This document shows positions 26,850 through 32,000 of a stretch of 32,000 bases of DNA, one piece after another (within the stretch, counting starts at the first letter, position 1; each line of letters begins with the position of its first letter). The translations under genes were made by a program, and so were the position numbers. This stretch comes from Cylindrospermopsis raciborskii Cr2010 (GTDB lineage Bacteria > Cyanobacteriota > Cyanobacteriia > Cyanobacteriales > Nostocaceae): positions 840,001 to 872,000 of the forward strand of contig NZ_CP065936.1 of the NCBI RefSeq assembly GCF_003367075.2, given 5' to 3'. Below the pieces are notes generated by a model. It had not been told where the DNA came from. It made no database searches and saw nothing but the letters and a program-made list of their open reading frames with translations.

Positions 26850-27005
26850 ATGGGACAATTGAAATAGTAATCAATACTAAACTGAGGAACCGATTCCTCT
26901 ACATAATATCTCATTATGGTCACCTGTAATAAAAGATTTTTCAGTGGTGTGTTAATTGACATTTTAATGTAAAATTACTTCCTCAAAAGAGAAGAGGTTT
27001 TTTAA

Positions 27006-28352
27006 ATGACTCGTGTGATTATTGTGCGTCATGGACAAAGTACCTATAACACTGAAGGACGCATTCAGGGACGCACTAACACGTCCAGCTTAACCAAAAA
27101 AGGTTCCGAGGATGCTCTTAGGACTGGTCAAGTGCTTAGTAATATACCATTTGCGGCTATATATAGCAGTCCCCTCACCCGAGCTAAACAGACTGCGGAA
27201 ATTATCCACAATCAGTTGACAGGTCATCCGGTTCCATCGGTGGAGACTACTGACTATTTACTGGAGGTGGACTTACCCTTGTGGGAGGGAATGTTATCTG
27301 GAGAGGTGAAGGAAAAGTTCTCCCTCGATTATAGTATCTGGAAAGAACGTCCCCAGGAATTGCTAATGACAATTAGTGACGCAAATGGTACAAGAGATCA
27401 CTCACCTATATTATCTTTATATGAACAAGCACGACAATTTTGGCAGCATATCTTATCCCATCCCCGGGCAAGGACTATTCTTGTAGTTGCACATAATGGC
27501 ATTAATCGTGCTCTAATTAGTACAGCATTGGGTATTCCCCCTAGTCGCTATCATTCTATACAACAGTCTAATTGTGGAATCAGTGTGCTTAATTTTAGCG
27601 GGGGACTGGGTGAACCGGTACAGTTGGAGTCCATGAATCAAACCCAACATCTGGGAGATATTTTGCCTAGTTTGCGCCCAAATCATCAAGGGTTTCGTTT
27701 ACTATTGGTTCGTCATGGAGAAACTGAATGGAATCGTCAAGGGAAGTTCCAAGGACAAATTGATGTACCTTTGAATGACCATGGTAGGGTTCAAGCAACA
27801 AAAGCTAGAGAGTTTCTCAAAACCATATCTCTTGATTTTGCCTTTAGTAGCACTATGGCCCGCCCCCGAGAAACAGCAGAAATTATCCTTCAAGACCATC
27901 CCCACGTCAGTTTACAATTATTGGATGGTTTAAGGGAAATTAGCCATGGAAAATGGGAGGGTAAGTTTGAATCGGAAATAGATCAGGATTTCCCCGGTGA
28001 GTTGCACCGCTGGCGCACTATTCCCGCTCAGGTGCAAATGCCAGAAGGTGAAAATTTACAAGAGGTATATCAACGTAGTGTTGGGTCGTGGCAAGAAATA
28101 TTACAAACTGCTCAAAGTCAAAACCTTGGTATGGGTCTAGTTGTGGCTCACGATGCAACAAATAAAACTTTACTTTGTCACATACTCGGTCTGTCCTTGG
28201 AAAATTTCTGGAATTTCCGTCAGGGGAATGGAGCAGTTAGTGTGATTGATTATCCTCAAGGTGCTGACAGTTCACCCGTTCTACAAGCTATGAATATTAC
28301 CGGACATTTAAGTGGTGGAGTGTTAGATAAAACTGCAGCGGGCGCTCTCTAA
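27006..28352 (+). CDS. Two-domain histidine phosphatase (tandem phosphoglycerate-mutase-like domains)
   Basis: 448 aa. Domain 1 has VRHGQSTYN, SSPLTRAKQTA and VAHNGINR. Domain 2 has VRHGETEWN, SSTMARPRETA and VAHDATNK. Confidence 0.88.
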   Translation: MTRVIIVRHGQSTYNTEGRIQGRTNTSSLTKKGSEDALRTGQVLSNIPFAAIYSSPLTRAKQTAEIIHNQLTGHPVPSVETTDYLLEVDLPLWEGMLSGEVKEKFSLDYSIWKERPQELLMTISDANGTRDHSPILSLYEQARQFWQHILSHPRARTILVVAHNGINRALISTALGIPPSRYHSIQQSNCGISVLNFSGGLGEPVQLESMNQTQHLGDILPSLRPNHQGFRLLLVRHGETEWNRQGKFQGQIDVPLNDHGRVQATKAREFLKTISLDFAFSSTMARPRETAEIILQDHPHVSLQLLDGLREISHGKWEGKFESEIDQDFPGELHRWRTIPAQVQMPEGENLQEVYQRSVGSWQEILQTAQSQNLGMGLVVAHDATNKTLLCHILGLSLENFWNFRQGNGAVSVIDYPQGADSSPVLQAMNITGHLSGGVLDKTAAGAL

Positions 28353-28377
28353 TCATCATTGGGGAATTGAAGCGGAT

Positions 28378-29634
28378 ATGATTGAATTGCTAAAAGAAGT
28401 GCGGGTGATTGATGCAGTTATGCAAACTGACCAAGTAGCCGATGTGTTGATTTTTGATGGTGAAATTAAGGCGATCGCCCGCCAAATTCCCAATCCCAGC
28501 CCTGAAACTGTTGTGAGAGATTGTCAAGGTCTATTATTGGGCAATGGTTTGGTGGATCTATACAGTCATTCTGGTGAACCTGGGTTTGAAGAAAGGGAAA
28601 CTTTGAGTTCTTTATTAAGGTCGGCTCAAGTTGGTGGATTTACTAGAATAAACGTCCTACCTGATACATATCCAGTGATTGACCAACCATCTCTAGTGTT
28701 ACAATTACAGCAAAAATATAGGAGTAAAAATTCCCCCAGACTACAAATTTGGGGGGGAATAACCCTGGATTTAGCGGGTAAGCAGTTAACCGAATTTGCT
28801 GATTTAGCCAATTGTGGTGTGGTGGGTTTTACGGATGATAAACCTTGGGAAAATTTGGGTATGGTTAGGAGGATATTAGAATATTTACAGCCATATAGTC
28901 AAATTGTGGCTTTTTCACCGTGCGATCGCTCTTTATGTTTAAATGGTAAAGTGAGAGAAGGTGTAGAGGGGTTGCGCATGGGATTACCAGGGATACCAGC
29001 GAGTGCGGAAACCAGTGCCATAGCGGGACTATTAGAATTAGTAGGGGAAATTGGAACTCCTGTACATATTATGCGGGTATCTACAAGCAGGAGTGTGGAA
29101 TTAATTGCTAGGGCTAAATCTGATGGGTTACCCATAACTGCAAGTAGTACCTGGATGCATCTGTTATTGAGTAGCGAAGATATTTACAGTTATCATACTA
29201 GTCTACATTTAGAACCACCTTTGGGAAATGTTAGTGATATGAAAGCGTTGCGTGAGGGGGTGCGTCAAGGTATAATAGATGGTATAGCTATTGATCATGC
29301 TGCATTCACCTATGAAGAGAAGGTGCAGGCTTTTTCTGAATCTCTACCAGGAGCAATCGGTTTAGAACTGGCCTTAGCCTTATTGTGGCAAAACCTGGTA
29401 GAAACTGGGGAATTTACCGCCTTGGAATTATGGAAGAGTTTAAGTTATGGACCTGCAACTTGTTTAAAGCAGAAAATAAACCCTATTCAACCAGGAGAGA
29501 GGGCGGAATTAACACTGTTTAATCCTGACAAGACTTGGGAAGCAACCATAGATAATCTTTGTTCCTTGAGTAATAATACACCATGGTTAGGGGAGGAAAT
29601 AAAAGGAAGAGTGATCCAGATCTGGTGTGACTAA
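28378..29634 (+). CDS. Dihydroorotase-like amidohydrolase with degenerate metal-binding motifs
   Basis: 418 aa, collinear with type I DHOase (GLVDLYSHSGEPGFEERET, GFTDD, HIMRVSTSRSVELI, IAIDHAAFTYEEK). Several canonical His ligands are substituted. Confidence 0.8.
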   Translation: MIELLKEVRVIDAVMQTDQVADVLIFDGEIKAIARQIPNPSPETVVRDCQGLLLGNGLVDLYSHSGEPGFEERETLSSLLRSAQVGGFTRINVLPDTYPVIDQPSLVLQLQQKYRSKNSPRLQIWGGITLDLAGKQLTEFADLANCGVVGFTDDKPWENLGMVRRILEYLQPYSQIVAFSPCDRSLCLNGKVREGVEGLRMGLPGIPASAETSAIAGLLELVGEIGTPVHIMRVSTSRSVELIARAKSDGLPITASSTWMHLLLSSEDIYSYHTSLHLEPPLGNVSDMKALREGVRQGIIDGIAIDHAAFTYEEKVQAFSESLPGAIGLELALALLWQNLVETGEFTALELWKSLSYGPATCLKQKINPIQPGERAELTLFNPDKTWEATIDNLCSLSNNTPWLGEEIKGRVIQIWCD

Positions 29635-29657
29635 AATAGAAGTATAGAAATTAAAGT

Positions 29658-30332
29658 ATGATTTTTGATTTAAAGGTTCCTGGGGAATGGGATAGTGTTC
29701 TCTCGGACGAGTTCCGGAAACCTTATTGGAAGCAACTGGAAGAGTTTCTCGTTCAAGAAAGAAGTTCTCAAACCATTTACCCACCAGAGTCAGAAGTTTT
29801 TTCTGCTTTTGAATTAACACCTTACCAACAGGTAAATGTTTTATTATTAGGGCAAGATCCCTATCATCAAAGAAATCAAGCCCATGGTTTATGTTTTTCC
29901 GTCAAACCTGGTATTAAACCACCACCTTCTCTCAAAAACATTTATCGGGAACTTCAACAAGATATAGGATGTCCTATTGCCAATCATGGTTACCTAGCTA
30001 ATTGGGCTAAGCAAGGTATCTTAATGCTAAATGCGGTGTTAACCGTAAGAGAGGGACAAGCCAATTCTCATAAAAATCAAGGTTGGGAACTTTTCACCGA
30101 TGAGGTGATTAAAAAGGTTAATGAAAAAACAAAACCCGTCATCTTTGTTCTTTGGGGTGGATATGCGAGAAAAAAAGTCAAACTAATTGACACAAATCGA
30201 CACTTAGTGATTGAATCAGCCCACCCTTCTCCTTTATCCGCCTATCATGGCTTTTTTGGTAGCAAACCCTTCTCAGCAATAAATTCAGCTTTAAAGATCT
30301 GGGATAAACCAGAAATTGACTGGGGATTATAG
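29658..30332 (+). CDS. ung: Uracil-DNA glycosylase, family 1
   Basis: 224 aa. Contains the GQDPYH motif (LLLGQDPYHQRNQAHGLCFSV) and the HPSPLS motif (ESAHPSPLSAYHGFFG). Confidence 0.93.
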   Translation: MIFDLKVPGEWDSVLSDEFRKPYWKQLEEFLVQERSSQTIYPPESEVFSAFELTPYQQVNVLLLGQDPYHQRNQAHGLCFSVKPGIKPPPSLKNIYRELQQDIGCPIANHGYLANWAKQGILMLNAVLTVREGQANSHKNQGWELFTDEVIKKVNEKTKPVIFVLWGGYARKKVKLIDTNRHLVIESAHPSPLSAYHGFFGSKPFSAINSALKIWDKPEIDWGL

Positions 30333-30396
30333 CTTTAACCAAAACCAACCACGGATCCCATCTGTTAGAATCACTTTATAACTACCTTATGAAAAT

Positions 30397-31875
30397 ATGA
30401 GCATAGCCACAGCTGTAAAAACAGAATACGAAGCCATCATAGGACTAGAAACCCATTGTCAACTTAGCACCAATACCAAAATTTTTTCCAGCAGCTCTAC
30501 TGCTTTTGGTGCTGAACCCAACACCAATATTGACCCAGTCTGTATGGGTTTACCGGGTGTCTTACCAGTCCTCAATGCTAAAGTTCTAGAATATGCAGTT
30601 AAAGCAGGTTTAGCTTTAAACTGTCAAATTGCCAAGTATAGTAAATTTGACCGTAAACAGTATTTTTATCCTGATCTGCCAAAAAACTATCAAATTTCCC
30701 AATATGACCTACCCATAGCTGAACATGGTTGGCTAGAAATCGAAATGGTAGATGATCATGATAACCCCGTTCGTAAACGGATTGGTATTACTCGTCTACA
30801 CATGGAAGAGGATGCAGGAAAGTTGGTGCATGCTGGCAGTGATCGATTAGCTGGTTCCAGTTATTCCCTAGTAGACTACAATCGTGCTGGTGTACCCTTA
30901 ATAGAAATTGTTTCGGAACCCGATCTACGTTCCGGTCAAGAAGCAGCTGAATACGCCCAGGAATTACGTAGAATTATGCGATATTTGGGTGTGAGTGATG
31001 GGAATATGCAAGAAGGTTCCCTCCGCTGTGATGTGAATATTTCTGTTCGTCCAGTGGGGGAAAAGAAATTTGGCACTAAGGTGGAAATCAAAAATATGAA
31101 CTCCTTTAGTGCTATCCAAAGAGCAATAGATTATGAGATTCAACGTCAAATTGCTGCTATAGAAGCAGGAGAGAGAATAATTCAAGAAACCCGTTTGTGG
31201 GAGGAAGGTTCCCAACGCACTAGCAGTATGCGAGTGAAAGAAGGTTCTAGTGATTATCGTTATTTCCCCGAACCGGATTTAGCACCTATTGAAGTTTCCC
31301 ATAGCCAACTAGAAACCTGGAGATCTGAATTACCAGAATTACCCGCTCAAAAACGTCACCGTTATGAACATGAGTTGGGACTTTCAGCATACGATACCAG
31401 AGTCTTAACGGAGGATCTACCAGTCACAGAATATTTTGAAACTGCTATAAATGCTGGTGCTAACCCCAAATCAGCTGCTAATTGGATTACTCAAGATATA
31501 GCTGCCTACCTAAACAAACAAAAACTTACCATATCAGAAATTAAACTGACACCCCAGACCATAGCGGAGGTGATTAGTCGTATTGAGAAAGGTAAAATTA
31601 GTAATGCTCAAGCAAAAGAAAAATTGGCGGATTTACTTACAGGTATTTCTGTGGAGGAAGTCTTTGCTGGTCAGGAATTAATCACGGATCCAGCCGTGTT
31701 AGGTCCCATAGTGGATGAAATAATTGCTGCTAATCCACAACAGGTGGAGAAATACCGGGGTGGCAATATTAACCTCAAGGGTTTCTTTGTGGGACAAGTA
31801 TTGAAAAAGACTAATAAACGAGCGGAACCCAAACTAACCAACGAACTAGTGGAAAGAAAACTCAACAACTCATAA
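30397..31875 (+). CDS. gatB: Asp-tRNA(Asn)/Glu-tRNA(Gln) amidotransferase subunit B
   Basis: 492 aa. Contains YEAIIGLETHCQL, RLHMEEDAGK, SLRCDVNISVRP and YRYFPEPDL, plus a C-terminal GatB/YqeY domain. Confidence 0.96.
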   Translation: MSIATAVKTEYEAIIGLETHCQLSTNTKIFSSSSTAFGAEPNTNIDPVCMGLPGVLPVLNAKVLEYAVKAGLALNCQIAKYSKFDRKQYFYPDLPKNYQISQYDLPIAEHGWLEIEMVDDHDNPVRKRIGITRLHMEEDAGKLVHAGSDRLAGSSYSLVDYNRAGVPLIEIVSEPDLRSGQEAAEYAQELRRIMRYLGVSDGNMQEGSLRCDVNISVRPVGEKKFGTKVEIKNMNSFSAIQRAIDYEIQRQIAAIEAGERIIQETRLWEEGSQRTSSMRVKEGSSDYRYFPEPDLAPIEVSHSQLETWRSELPELPAQKRHRYEHELGLSAYDTRVLTEDLPVTEYFETAINAGANPKSAANWITQDIAAYLNKQKLTISEIKLTPQTIAEVISRIEKGKISNAQAKEKLADLLTGISVEEVFAGQELITDPAVLGPIVDEIIAANPQQVEKYRGGNINLKGFFVGQVLKKTNKRAEPKLTNELVERKLNNS

Positions 31876-31897
31876 CCAACCGGAAAAAAAATGGAAA

Positions 31898-31932
31898 AAT
31901 TTGAAAAAAAACTAAAAAGGGGTTTGACCCCT
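31898..31932 (-). terminator. Intrinsic-terminator-like hairpin with a U-tract on the minus strand
   Basis: AGGGGT-TTG-ACCCCT (31918-31932) is preceded on the plus strand by AAAAAAAACTAAAAA, so the minus strand reads stem-loop then TTTTTAGTTTTTTTT. This implies a convergent minus-strand gene ending just beyond or near the right edge. It may also act on gatB transcripts, although there is no plus-strand U-tract. Confidence 0.5.
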
Positions 31933-32000
31933 CACACTAATAGTGTTATAGTGTGATAAGTAGATGCACCCTGATGATTTGGAGAGCTATTTCATGGCTC

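Noticed and set aside
31957-32000. Possible fourth copy of the hairpin repeat (TAAGTAGATGCAC...) at the right edge
   Set aside because: Only the first ~13 nt match. The hairpin partner and the TTATATTTAATTCCACC tail are absent, and the window ends, so the evidence is insufficient.

Overview
This is a cyanobacterial chromosomal window. Evidence: 17 copies of the HIP1 octamer GCGATCGC, psaA-psaB, a ctaCDE oxidase operon and low GC. A filamentous Nostocales-type origin is only an inference from gene content. I support about 24 protein-coding genes, mostly housekeeping. Plus strand: TPR-CHAT protein, Zn-ribbon/DUF4145-like protein, recN, glsA, psaA, psaB, mtnA, a Tab2/DUF1092 homolog, a histidine phosphatase, map, an amidase, a two-domain histidine phosphatase, a dihydroorotase-like protein, ung and gatB. 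Minus strand: an ArsC/Spx-like protein with a His-rich tail, a CDO-like cupin, a small helical protein, ctaE, ctaD, ctaC, a repeat-tailed putative lipoprotein and an S8 peptidase. I found no rRNA, tRNA, CRISPR array, cas gene, transposase or integrase. The best candidate for something undescribed is the tightly coupled pair at 325-4176. It joins a TPR-CHAT protein whose caspase-like His/Cys dyad appears substituted (Thr764/Tyr829) to a protein with an N-terminal extension, a CxxC-N39-CxxC zinc ribbon and a DUF4145-like helical domain. Secondary observations:
- A 50-bp hairpin repeat family brackets one gene, and one copy carries a nested 65-bp MITE-like insertion.
- A pair of 100-bp direct repeats encloses a promoter plus an unannotated 46-aa ORF.
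- A 5 x 75-bp near-perfect coding tandem repeat.
- An HLR1-like element upstream of psaA.
- A Tab2 homolog about 1.2 kb from psaB.
- A dihydroorotase-like protein with degenerate metal ligands.
All functional calls come from motif recognition by eye. No database search or computation was run.
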